A DNA stretch of 63,470 nt, counting the filler, from Octopus bimaculoides (Eukaryota): assembly GCF_001194135.2 (NCBI RefSeq). It is 5 parts of 5 records of this genome, joined end to end, with 100 filler letters (N's around TTAATTAATTAA, not from the genome) between each part and the next. Parts side by side here need not be neighbours in the genome. Positions count along the whole stretch, not along the records: positions 1 to 27,017 come from NC_068997.1; 4 more parts are not named here. One strand, given 5' to 3'. The stretch's first letter is position 1. Every line of letters starts with the position of its first letter. A program made the position numbers and the translations under genes. Shown piece after piece: positions 1 to 12,698 of the stretch. The notes beneath the pieces are model-generated. The model had not been told where the DNA came from and searched no databases. It saw only the letters and a program-made list of their open reading frames with translations.

Positions 1-34
<34 letters not shown>

Positions 35-40
35 TGTATA

Positions 41-282
41 TACGGGTTGGCTAAAAGTCACCTGGCAGTAAATCAAAACTATTTAAATCCGAGATTAAAA
101 GAAGAAATTATTTTATAAGATACTTCGCTAATAAAAAGGCAAATATTGGGGAAAAAACGGTGATTTTAACTCACAGCATTTAATTATTAAACATTCATAA
201 TTGGGATGAATAAATAAAATTGAATATTAAGTATTTATGGAATTTTGATTTACTGTCAGTTGACTTTTGGTCAAATCTGTAT
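41..282. mobile_element. Tc1/mariner-type MITE, about 240 bp
   Basis: Left end TACGGGTTGGCTAAAAGTCACCTGGCAGTAAATCAAAAC (from 41) is the degenerate reverse complement of ATTTTGATTTACTGTCAGTTGACTTTTGGTCAAATCTGTA (242-281). TA dinucleotides flank both ends. No coding capacity. Confidence 0.75.
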
Positions 283-744
283 ATATGATCTTTTATATTG
301 AGTATATATATATAAACAATGTTAGCATAAAATTAAACAATTTGCCACAGATGGCCATATGTTTCGGTCTAAGCATAGTTATCATATTAGTTTCACGCTG
401 TAAATGAAAAAAAGTGAAGTGTCTAAGGTATTCTCTTAAGTATAATGGTATGTAAGAGGTAAGTGCTTCGGCGATGAATATGAGATAGGAGCTGGAAAGC
501 CGGATGAGTTGGATAGGCCTGTGTGCAGAAAATATCGAGAGAGCCATATCGGACGCGCACACGCACTTATCCAAACGCGCACATACTCGCGTACGTTACT
601 GAAGTACACGTTTGGAGTCAACAGTGTGTTGTATACAAAGTGAATAACAACAATAAAGAAATAAAGAAATTTTTTAAAAATCCATATCCGGGATTTTGAC
701 ATATAGTCGAATTCCGTTAATACCCACCCGCCAACAATACTGCA

Positions 745-832
745 GCCATCATCGTCGTCGTCTGTCGTCGTCATCATCGTCAGCACCATCATCATCATCA
801 TCATCATCATCATCATAATCATCATCATCGTC

Positions 833-864
<32 letters not shown>

Positions 865-1720
865 CTTCATTACCACCCACCACCACCACCACTACTGTCA
901 TCATTATCATCATCATCATCGTCATCATCGTCATCATCGTCATCACCATCATCATCATCATCATCATCATTATCATCATAATCATCATCATCATCATCAT
1001 CATCTTCATTACCACCCACCACCACCACTACTGTCACCATTATCATCATCATCATCATCGTCATCATCGTCATCATTGTCATCACCATCATCATCGTCAT
1101 CATCATCATCACCATCATCATCATCAAAATTATCGCCACCCACCACCAATACCATCATCATCATCATCAATATCATTATCATCATCATCATCATCATCAT
1201 TGTCATCATCATTATCGTCGTCGTCGTCGTCGTCGTCATCATCATCATCATCCTCATCATCACCATCATCATCATCATCAACAATAACAACATCCTGTTT
1301 ATTTCATCATCAACATTGTCATTATCTTCATTATCATCAATCTGATCGTCAACAACAACAACAATACCAATATGAAGACCAACTTCATCATCCTCATCGT
1401 CGTTGTCGTCTCATCGGCGAAATCGGCACAATAGCCATCACCATCATCATCACCATCATCATCATCACCATCATCATCATCACCATCATCATCAACAGCA
1501 GCAGCAGCAACAGCAGCAGCAACCATCATTATCTTCAACTTCATTATCTCGTCATCGACATTCTCATTATCTTCATTATCATCAGCTTAACCATCACCGC
1601 CAATACCATTCTGAAGATCATCATCATTATGAACATCGTCATCAACATCATCATCATCATCATCATTGCCTACCACAACAACGCTCAAAATATCAACAAC
1701 GGTACCGATGTTCCGGTTGT
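745..1720. repeat. Compound (CAT)n/(CGT)n/(CAC)n trinucleotide array
   Basis: Directly visible. It accounts for the poly-M/D/I/H/S ORFs in the track. Confidence 0.95.
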
Positions 1721-2016
1721 AGTTTAACTGCAATTCAGCTCTAACCGAGGCGTTCCAGTTATGACCATCCAAGTTTTTTTTTCTCTGTATCTAAGACTAC
1801 CTAGGTCTTCGAAGACAATCAGGCGTAAACTGAGGGGATTTCGTTGCTATTTTCTAACATTCCACGTGATCACCTCGAGGCTCCATCACGGGCTTACTGT
1901 CGCGGTTTTTATTAATAATTTTGTTGTTTTTATTAATAATTTTGTCATTCCAGCCATGACCATCTCACCTTTCTGAAAGTATGTACAAATTAACTAGTTG
2001 GTTAGTTGGTTATTTG

Positions 2017-2165
2017 ATGAGTGAGTGAGTGAGTGAGTGAGTGAGTTCTCTCCGTGCCAGGGGACACAAAAGGCTGCAACGCGATCTCTTCAACCAGCTC
2101 TGTTTTTCTGTCACTGTTCTGATGTCATTCCAGCTTGACCACCCTTCTCGTCTCCTTTCCTTGTC
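2017..2165 (-). mobile_element. 3' end of an RTE-clade LINE with (TCAC)n tail
   Basis: Minus strand reads WSSWNDIRTVTEK, then after a frameshift RDRVAAFCVPGTERT, resembling RTE ORF C-termini. A tetranucleotide tail follows, and the 5' part runs into a gap. Confidence 0.5.
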
Positions 2166-2728
2166 ANNNNNNNNNNNNNNNNNNNNNNNNNNNNNNNNNN
2201 NNNNNNNNNNNNNNNNNNNNNNNNNNNNNNNNNNNNNNNNNNNNNNNNNNNNNNNNNNNNNNNNNNNNNNNNNNNNNNNNNNNNNNNNNNNNNNNNNNNN
2301 NNNNNNNNNNNNNNNNNNNNNNNNNNNNNNNNNNNNNNNNNNNNNNNNNNNNNNNNNNNNNNNNNNNNNNNNNNNNNNNNNNNNNNNNNNNNNNNNNNNN
2401 NNNNNNNNNNNNNNNNNNNNNNNNNNNNNNNNNNNNNNNNNNNNNNNNNNNNNNNNNNNNNNNNNNNNNNNNNNNNNNNNNNNNNNNNNNNNNNNNNNNN
2501 NNNNNNNNNNNNNNNNNNNNNNNNNNNNNNNNNNNNNNNNNNNNNNNNNNNNNNNNNNNNNNNNNNNNNNNNNNNNNNNNNNNNNNNNNNNNNNNGTTGT
2601 GGCCGAGGTTCTAGTCACTTGTGATGATTTTTGATGAAGATTAAGCATAACGAAGATGTTGTTGCTGCAGGAGCTGCTGCTGCTGCTTCTGCTTCTGCTT
2701 CTGCTGCTGCTGCTGATGATGATGATGA

Positions 2729-2759
<31 letters not shown>

Positions 2760-3372
2760 AATGATGGTGATGATGATGGATGAGTATGATGACAATGTTG
2801 AGTGAGGATAATGGCTATGATGATGAGGAGGAAGAGGAGGATGAAGGAGGGAGATGGAGGGGGCGGAGGAAGAGGATGACTACAATACTGTTAATGACAA
2901 TGATTTAAGATGACTATGATGGCTATGATAATTTCATTTTTCGTTTCTTCATTATTAGCTGCTGATATTGCTATTATTTCAAGAGTCCATTTTATGCATT
3001 CATTCATTTATTTATTCATTTATTTATTTATTAGGAATTCTATTTTTCTGTAATTATATTTCTCAATAGCTGATTTGTGCCATTGTCGACACGGTGGGCA
3101 GGTTTGGTGGAGAGGTGATGTTATTATGTATTAACAAAACAAAACCATTCTCTCCATGTTTTTATACAAACAGCCACTCCGTAACAGAGAACTTGATGAA
3201 GTCACAAAAACAACGCACTAAAAATAAAGATAATTAACGAAACAAAAAAATTTCGAAGTGGGAGAAACAAAAGACAATTATTATTATTATCATATTATCA
3301 CTGTTATCAAAATTATAATTATCGTCGTCATTATTATTGTTGTTGTTGTTGATGCTGTTGTTGTTGTTGTTG

Positions 3373-3455
<83 letters not shown>

Positions 3456-3456
3456 T

Positions 3457-3640
3457 AGAGCGGCGAGCTGGCAGAACCGTTAGCAAAGCCGGGCGAAATG
3501 CTTAATGGTATTTCTTCTGCCGCTACGTTCTGAGTTCAAATTCCGCCGAGGTCGACTTTGCCTTTCATCCTTTCGGGGTTGATAAATCGACTAGCCCCTT
3601 TCCCCAAAAAATTTTCAGGGCCTTGCGCCTAGAGTAGAAA
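3457..3640 (+). mobile_element. tRNA-headed SINE, family A
   Basis: Head GGCGAGCTGGCAGAACCG (A-box-like), B box GAGTTCAAATTCC, core GGTCGACTTTGCCTTTCATCCTTTCGGGG. More than 10 related copies occur in the window. Confidence 0.85.
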
Positions 3641-3699
3641 TTATTATTATTATTATTATCATCATCATCATTATTATTATTATTATCACATTAGCGGAA

Positions 3700-4170
3700 G
3701 CCATGTTATTGGTCTAAAGTTGGATCCTGGCACATAAAAATGTCCTTCCCTTAGTCATCCAGCTGGGTACTGTACCTTCCTACAAGCGCTCATCTAGCTG
3801 TTGTGCTATCTTTTTAAGGAGCCCTCTCAGTTACTTCATCTAGTACCATTGGACTCCATCCGGTCCTGGACCTTTCCAATTTGGGAATTTTCTTAACTGC
3901 TTTTTTTTTTTATCACTTTTGTAGTATCTTTATGTCTTCTTGGACTTCTATATTTCTTAAGGTTGCTCCCACATCCCTCTCCAGAATGCCTTTCTTCTGC
4001 ATCTAATATCACTGTTACGTGTATTTTCCCATTTAGTTACTGAAACAGTTTCTTCCGATTTGCTTCAAACAATGTTTTTCCTGAACTGTCTTTTTCTGTT
4101 GTCATATTTTTCCAGGTTTGCTTTCATTGCTACTACTCTTTGTTTCAATTCTTCCAATATCACATCATAA
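3700..4170 (-). mobile_element. Degenerate R4/Dong-like non-LTR retrotransposon, RT N-terminal region
   Basis: Minus-strand translation gives EELKQRVVAMKANLEKYDNRKRQF, KFPNWKGPGPDGVQ, GTVPSWMTKGRTFLC and NFRPIT, with stops and frameshifts. This matches the R4/Dong pattern PNWKAPGPDG...WMTKGRT...NFRPI as recalled. Confidence 0.7.
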
Positions 4171-4172
4171 CC

Positions 4173-4231
<59 letters not shown>

Positions 4232-5043
4232 GTTGTTGTTTTTTTTTCTTCTTTCTTCAAATTTTTTCCCATTTCTCGCCGAGTGTTTTCTGTACACCTA
4301 GGGCAGAGAAACGTTGTATGCATTCCCAATTTACACACGCAAATTCATAGGTAAAACATGTATTTNNNNNNNNNNNNNNNNNNNNNNNNNNNNNNNNNNN
4401 NNNNNNNNNNNNNNNNNNNNNNNNNNNNNNNNNNNNNNNNNNNNNNNNNNNNNNNNNNNNNNNNNNNNNNNNNNNNNNNNNNNNNNNNNNNNNNNNNNNN
4501 NNNNNNNNNNNNNNNNNNNNNNNNNNNNNNNNNNNNNNNNNNNNNNNNNNNNNNNNNNNNNNNNNNNNNNNNNNNNNNNNNNNNNNNNNNNNNNNNNNNN
4601 NNNNNNNNNNNNNNNNNNNNNNNNNNNNNNNNNNNNNNNNNNNNNNNNNNNNNNNNNNNNNNNNNNNNNNNNNNNNNNNNNNNNNNNNNNNNNNNNNNNN
4701 NNNNNNNNNNNNNNNNNNNNNNNNNNNNNNNNNNNNNNNNNNNNNNNNNNNNNNNNNNNNNNNNNNNNNNNNNNNNNNNNNNNNNNNNNNNNNNNNNNNN
4801 NNNNNNNNNNNNNNNNNNNNNNNNNNNNNNNNNNNNNNNNNNNNNNNNNNNNNNNNNNNNNNNNNNNNNNNNNNNNNNNNNNNNNNNNNNNNNNNNNNNN
4901 NNNNNNNNNNNNNNNNNNNNNNNNNNNNNNNNNNNNNNNNNNNNNNNNNNNNNNNNNNNNNNNNNNNNNNNNNNNNNNNNNNNNNNNNNNNNNNNNNNNN
5001 NNNNNNNNNNNNNNNNNNNNNNNNNNNNNNNNNNNNNNNNNNN

Positions 5044-5088
<45 letters not shown>

Positions 5089-5090
5089 CA

Positions 5091-5157
<67 letters not shown>

Positions 5158-5178
5158 CATCATTATTATTATTATTAC

Positions 5179-5239
<61 letters not shown>

Positions 5240-5580
5240 GTCGGGGGTCGATAAAATAAGTACCATTTGAACACTGGAGTCAATGTAATCGACTCATCTC
5301 CACCTCCCCCAAGCTGCCCTTATGGCAAAAGTTTGAAATTGCTGTTGTTGTTGTTGTTGTTGTTGTTAAGGCGGTGAGCTGGGAGAATCGTTAGCACGCC
5401 GGGCAAAATACTGAGCGGCACTTCGTCTGTCTTTACGATCCGAGTTCAAATGCCGCTGAGGTGGACTTTGCCTTTTATTCTTTTCGAGATCGATAAATTA
5501 AGTGCTAGTCAAACACTAGTGTCCTTGTGATCGACTAGTCCCGTCCCCAAAGATTTCGGGTTTTGTGCTTTTAGTATAAA
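5240..5580 (+). mobile_element. Two tandem family A SINEs (3' half 5240-5340; full copy 5368-5580)
   Basis: Same head, B box and GGTCGATAAA core as 3457-3640. Confidence 0.8.
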
Positions 5581-5822
5581 GGATTATTATTATTGCTGTT
5601 GTTGTTATTTATGTCATTAATAAGAACAGCTGTGATGTCATAATAATAATGCATGATAATGATTATGAAGACAATTTCTTTATTTGCCACAAGGGCGACG
5701 CATGAAGGGATGTTACGAAAGCAAATTCCCAAAATTGAATTGGTTGCGGTACGGGATTACAAGAACTCGAGCGTGAGGTACAAATAATAATGAGAATAAC
5801 AGGAATAATAATAATGATAATA

Positions 5823-5880
<58 letters not shown>

Positions 5881-6228
5881 NNNNNNNNNNNNNNNNNNNN
5901 NNNNNNNNNNNNNNNNNNNNNNNNNNNNNNNNNNNNNNNNNNNNNNNNNNNNNNNNNNNNNNNNNNNNNNNNNNNNNNNNNNNNNNNNNNNNNNNNNNNN
6001 NNNNNNNNNNNNNNNNNNNNNNGAGGAGACCAATAACAACAATAATAACGATGCTAATACTAATTAAGTTCGTGATGGTGTTTATAACAATATTAATGAA
6101 AGCAACAATAACGTAGATAATAAGATTAATAACAGCAATAAAAATAACAATGATGATGAAATTATTATTGCTGTTGATGATGCTGATGATGTTATTTTAT
6201 CATTATTATTATTAATAGAATCATTATT

Positions 6229-6273
<45 letters not shown>

Positions 6274-6829
6274 ATTATTATTGTTATTATTATTATTATT
6301 ATGATTGTTATTATTATTATGAATAACGATGACAAGAACAATAATAATAATTATTAATTAATTCCGTTAATTCTGGAACGATTCTAATCAATTGATGAAC
6401 AGATGCCAATGACTTCCTGCAGTGTCAATAATCCGAAACATTTGGCGCTCAAAAAATAATGGTTGTTTCACCGGAAATGCCTCCATGTTGAGAAATTGGT
6501 CAGTAGAAGGTAGTATGCTTTGAAAAAAAATGAAAAAAAAGTTAATTATTGTTTTTCTTTATTGCTTTGTTTTTGTGTTATTTTTGATGTGAAAGGGTGG
6601 GTGGAAGCATTTTTTGTTTGTTTTATAATTGCTTGTACGTTGATTTTTATTTAATTCTTATTTTTTTCCTTTGTTCTTGCATTTTTTTTTTTTTTTTTGC
6701 GTGTTATCTCTGTATTTTGTTCAATGTTTTGTACTTTCAGAAAATAATATGCCGAATTACCGTCGAACATGGATGACAGTTTTCTTCATAATGAGATTTT
6801 TCTCATCTGCCCTGATTAAAATAACCATC

Positions 6830-6855
6830 AACACCAGCACCACGAGACCAAAATA

Positions 6856-6887
<32 letters not shown>

Positions 6888-8050
6888 CACTACACCTCCA
6901 CACACACTAATACATCATCAGGAACACTATCAAATCAAAATAGCTACCACCACTGACCACCGCCACACCACCACGAAAAAATAAATAAATAAATAAATAA
7001 ATGACTACATCACACCTCAAAAATCAAAATAATTACTACCATTGCACCACTGAATTTAAATAAATACCATCACCATAATACCAAACTAAGATCGCCATCA
7101 GATCCTGACACCAAATCAAATAAACAACAGCGGACTCCCAAATACAAATAGCTATCAACTCCCCACACCATCATCACCGCCAAACCTAAATAATTACCAC
7201 TATCACTAACAGCGAAATAAAAATAACTATCACCGCCAGACAAGCTTTGCAACCGCCGCCACCAACTCCACTTCCAACGCTACTGATGTCTCCACCGCCA
7301 CCGTCGCCGCCACTGCCACTTTCATCGCTACCGCTAACGCCACCTACACAAATATTTACCATCATAGTCAATCATTACAACACTACAAGACAGTCATCAC
7401 ATCACCGCCGAACAACAAACGAAATAACCTTCATTACACCCTAACAGTAAACTAATATGACCTCCGTCTCTCATGCAAAGCAAATAATCACCACCGCCCC
7501 ACATCAAAACTAGGCATCACCGCGCCACCAAAATGAATATAAGCACCCCCACAACGCCTAACAAGATATATACACCATCACACGACGAGACAAAAATAAA
7601 CGCCACATCACCAACAAAATTCAATACATACAATCACACCGCCAAACCAATCAATTCCCGCATCACCAAACCAAGGAGCCGCAACACATCAAATCAAAAA
7701 TATGCAACCCCATGAACCTTAATACATATCACTGCTACTCCAGTAAATCAAATGGCTGCCAGCTCAACGCCGGACCATCAAATTCGATGACCACTAACAC
7801 ATCATCTAACCAAATAAACACCACATCACCAAATAAATACAACCAACACCACCAAGCAAAAATGACCACCATCATGCCACCAAACCAAATACATAGTACT
7901 ACATCAGAAAACTAAGTTCACGCCAAACTAAATACATATCTCTACACCTCCGAGCTAGATAATCGCCATTACACTATAAAACAAAAATAGCCAAACTAAA
8001 TGACCACCACCACTATAACACCAAGCCAAAATAACTACAATCTCAATAAT
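6830..8050. repeat. Degenerate A/C-rich low-complexity tract
   Basis: About 1.2 kb nearly devoid of G on the + strand, built from decayed CAC/CAA/ACT motifs. Confidence 0.7.
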
Positions 8051-8094
8051 AGCAAGACAGAAATAATCACCTTTCAAGAACGTGATCTTAATAC

Positions 8095-8506
8095 TGGTTT
8101 CAAATTTTTGGCAAAACGCCAGCAAGTTCGAGGGAGTTCGGTAAATCATTACATCGACCACAGTACTTGACTGATACTTATTTTATCGATCCCGAAAGGA
8201 TGAAAGGCAAAGTCGAACTCGACAGAATTTGAACGCTGAACGTAAGGACGGACAAGATGTCGTTAAGCATTTTCCTGGCGTGCTAATGATTCTTTTCGAC
8301 TAAAGACATAAGGCCTGAAATTTTGGAGAAAGGAGCTAAGTCAATTACATCGACCCCTGTGCGTAACTGGCACTTATTTCATCGATCTCGAAAGGATGAA
8401 AGGCGAAGTCGACCTCGGCGGAATTTGAACTCAAAACGTATAGACAGATGAGATACTGTTGAACATTTCGCCCGGCGTGCTTACGATTCTGCCAGCTCAC
8501 CGCCTC
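8095..8506 (-). mobile_element. Two tandem family A SINEs (8095-8295, 8310-8506)
   Basis: Reverse complements of the family A core (GAAAGGATGAAAGGCRAAGTCGA) and head (CTGCCAGCTCACCGCCTC). Confidence 0.85.
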
Positions 8507-9535
8507 TTTGAGCATAATAGTTGAAGCATATTTATGGTATTTTATTTATTTATTTATTTATGTGTTTCAGCCAAGTGGCTGCGGTCATGCTGGTGCACCA
8601 CCGTATGCATATTTGTAAGTATATATGTTTTGCGTGTATGTTTTATTTGTGTGTATGTTTTAGTGTGTGTGTATCTGCGTGAATCTTACTTTTCTGCATA
8701 TTCCAATTAATTGGGTGGTAGTATTAGTTAAATAGTATTAGTGGATGTTGTTGCAGTGGTGGTGGTGGTGGTGGTGGTGGTGGATGGTTGTGGTGGTGTT
8801 GGTGATTGTGGTGACAGTGGTAGCGCATGTGGGATGGTGAGGTGGTGATGTTGGAAGTGATGGTCACATCATCGTTATCATTGCAGTGGGCTGTGTTTCT
8901 ATATTGACGTGTGTGAGTGCATGTTCGTGTGTGCATATGTGTGTGTGTGTATGTGTGTGTGTTTGTGTGTGTGTGAGTGTGTGTGAAAATGGTTATAGTG
9001 TTTGATGATAAATTTTCCGTCAACAAATTGCTTTCATAATGAACTTCCATTCTCGACGCTTGAGAGTTCGGTCAGTTAGTTATTTTATGATAATTTTCAT
9101 CTCCAACTCTGACGAGTTCCCTTGGCATGACGTCACCTCTTTCCCTCCCCCTCTCTCTATCTCTCACTCCCCTCGCTCGCTCCCCCAACCGCACCCCACT
9201 TTCACACTCCCTCTCTTTCTTCCCCTTTTCTCTCTCACCACCTAACACCTGTCACCTCCCTACCGCCTTAGTCTTAAAACTCACTGACGTTGCGCCATAA
9301 AACACTTCAAAAACAAAAACAACAAAAAAGGAAGAAAAATTATTTTCATTCAATTATTTATTTATTTTTCTATTAATTCCAACATCGGAGTTCGTTAGTT
9401 TCTTTGCTTGGTTACTTGGTCGGTATGTAGTCTCTTGACTGATCCTAGTTAACCTGATATAAAAGCTGTGTATTAAGTATAAATCGGTATCTCTGAATTA
9501 TACCCATTTATTTTCATTTCTACTCTTCACTCACT

Positions 9536-9591
<56 letters not shown>

Positions 9592-9655
9592 NNNNNNNNN
9601 NNNNNNNNNNNNNNNNNNNNNNNNNNNNNNNNNNNNNNNNNNNNNNNNNNNNNNN

Positions 9656-9714
<59 letters not shown>

Positions 9715-9864
9715 CATACATATATGCATATACAGATACACATGACACATACATATATACATATAGATATACACATATACATATATATACATACATATAT
9801 ATAAACATATATACTTACAAATATGCATACATACCATAAATATGCTTCAACTATTATGCTCAAA

Positions 9865-9907
9865 GAGGCGGTGAGCTGGCAGAATCGTAAGCACGCCGGG
9901 CGAAATG
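9865..9907 (+). mobile_element. Truncated family A SINE head
   Basis: GAGGCGGTGAGCTGGCAGAATCGTAAGCACGCCGGGCGAAATG, followed by microsatellite. Confidence 0.75.
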
Positions 9908-11610
9908 TTCATACATACACACACACACACATATCTATATATATACATATATATATACATGCAGATACATATACATACATAAATACATATACACACACAT
10001 AGACACACAAAAATGCACACACACACTCGTCATGTGTATGTATGTATGTATGTATGTATGTATGTATGTATGTATGTATGTATGTATGTAGGCATTTTAG
10101 AAGTTTTTCCAGAATTTTCTTGATAACTACGAAAGTTTCACCACGAATATTAATAGTTAAATATAAATTAAGCGTTCACATATTTAATGTAACGAGTATT
10201 AAAGTAACGATAAAAAGATATCTACTAATATCCAATCATTTCTTGTATATTATACATATATTAAAAAAAAATGAGAAAAAATATAATACAAGTACATATG
10301 TATATGCATATAACTACACGCACACGTACGCATTCGTATATANNNNNNNNNNNNNNNNNNNNNNNNNNNNNNNNNNNNNNNNNNNNNNNNNNNNNNNNNN
10401 NNNNNNNNNNNNNNNNNNNNNNNNNNNNNNNNNNNNNNNNNNNNNNNNNNNNNNNNNNNNNNNNNNNNNNNNNNNNNNNNNNNNNNNNNNNNNNNNNNNN
10501 NNNNNNNNNNNNNNNNNNNNNNNNNNNNNNNNNNNNNNNNNNNNNNNNNNNNNNNNNNNNNNNNNNNNNNNNNNNNNNNNNNNNNNNNNNNNNNNNNNNN
10601 NNNNNNNNNNNNNNNNNNNNNNNNNNNNNNNNNNNNNNNNNNNNNNNNNNNNNNNNNNNNNNNNNNNNNNNNNNNNNNNNNNNNNNNNNNNNNNNNNNNN
10701 NNNNNNNNNNNNNNNNNNNNNNNNNNNNNNNNNNNNNNNNNNNNNNNNNNNNNNNNNNNNNNNNNNNNNNNNNNNNNNNNNNNNNNNNNNNNNNNNNNNN
10801 NNNNNNNNNNNNNNNNNNNNNNNNNNNNNNNNNNNNNNNNNNNNNNNNNNNNNNNNNNNNNNNNNNNNNNNNNNNNNNTATATATATATATATATATATA
10901 TATTATACATACATTCATATATATCTATACATACGTATGTATTTATGTACGTACAAAAATATACATAAAGACATGCACACATCTGTGCGTGCAAGCATGT
11001 ACATTCATTTTACTTTCGTTTTCTAAGGAAAGTATGTAAAATAAATAAAACAGGCCGCTTCCCCTATTCTGTATGTTAAATAAGAATAAAAAAAAAAGAT
11101 CCCTATAAAAGAAAGCAGTATGAGAAAATAGGGATCAGTATGTCGAACAGAATCTTCTGTTAACTAAATAATGCGAGTGCCATAGCTGGTCATATTCGTC
11201 TGCAGGGAATGCGTCATGTCAGCACGGCTCTCTCTTCCGAACGGAGGAGCTTTCTTCGCGAAAATCAATCTTCTGTAAAAGCGTATGAGTGTGGCTGCTA
11301 CGAAATTAGTTAGCTCGCTTGTAGTTGACGACTGACTGGAGGTGAAGCACAAACACTATGACAAGATTTACTTACAAGCATCCGTCATTGATTCGCATGG
11401 GGGTTTGCATGCAAATCATGACCAGTTGTATTTAAACCGATTGACCTTGAATGACGCTTGCAATGTGTATGTGTGTGGTTGTGCGCGCGCGTGTGTATGT
11501 GTGTGTGTGTATCTGTGTGTGCGTGTGTGTGCGTGTGAACAAGGCAAAACGCATTTCATTTGCATGATACACACACACACATATATACATACATATACAT
11601 CTATGCTCAT

Positions 11611-11660
<50 letters not shown>

Positions 11661-11829
11661 ATGAGCATAGATGTATACTTATATATAAACAGATAAGGGA
11701 ATGAATGATTGGATAGGGGGATAAAGAGAGAGATGGATATATGCAGAAAGAAAGAAAGAGAGAAAGAAAAAAAGAAAGAAAGAAAGAAAGACAGAACGAC
11801 AGACAGACAGACAGGCAGGCAGACAGACC

Positions 11830-11866
<37 letters not shown>

Positions 11867-11884
11867 CCAGACAGACAGACAGAC

Positions 11885-11936
<52 letters not shown>

Positions 11937-12510
11937 CCAGTGATTTATTGAAGAATTTAGAGTGGCTCTGATAAACAGGCAAAGAGAAGAGTGAAAAATA
12001 GAGACACGTACGCGGAAATACATATATTTTTTCCAATCCTGTGCTGTCCCGCCGCCATGATAGAATGTGTAATCTCGGTGATTATGGACTTTTTCATTCC
12101 TTCGCTGTCATCGATGGAATGTGTAAACCTGACCATTCTCCACTCACGTCGATGGAAGGTTTTCAGATGAATTTCACTTCTCGATTCCGCTAGTTCTAAT
12201 TCCCAATCAGAACTTCGTTTAGCAAATTTAGCGAATCGCATTCAAGATTTCTGTATATTTCTCAGACATGCTTCAAGTTTATGTGAAAAGTCTTATTTTT
12301 TTATCCAGAATAGCTGGATTATACAGGATGTTCATATATAATCTTTACAACTTCTACAATTTTATTGTATCTAATGTAAAGGTAATTTATGTAAAGGTAA
12401 TTTATGTAAAGGTAATTTATGTCCTGAGTTTTCTTTCTGACCTCTCTTTCTCTCCCCTTCTCTATCTCTCTCTCTCTATCTCTCTATCTCTCTCTCTCTC
12501 NNNNNNNNNN

Positions 12511-12554
<44 letters not shown>

Positions 12555-12661
12555 TTCTCCTATCTCTCTCATGCACATTATATCTATCAATTTATCTATT
12601 TATCTATTCATCTACTTATCTCTCTCCCTCTCTCTCTCTGTCTATCAATCTATTTATCCCT

Positions 12662-12698
<37 letters not shown>

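Noticed and set aside
436-1772. Many ORFs with poly-M/D/I/H/S/Q
   Set aside because: Translations of (CAT)n-type microsatellites in every frame, with no domain content.
4314-5283. Long ORFs of 300+ aa (likewise 10042-11026, 43115-44105, 49458-50452, 60265-60930)
   Set aside because: They are open only because they run through N gaps and dinucleotide repeats.
12055-12230. GCCGCCATG Kozak-like start with short ORFs
   Set aside because: All frames stop within about 45 codons, with no recognisable homology or convincing donor site.
12374-12421. 15-bp unit ATGTAAAGGTAATTT repeated three times
   Set aside because: Exact tandem repeat without spacers: an ordinary minisatellite, not CRISPR-like.
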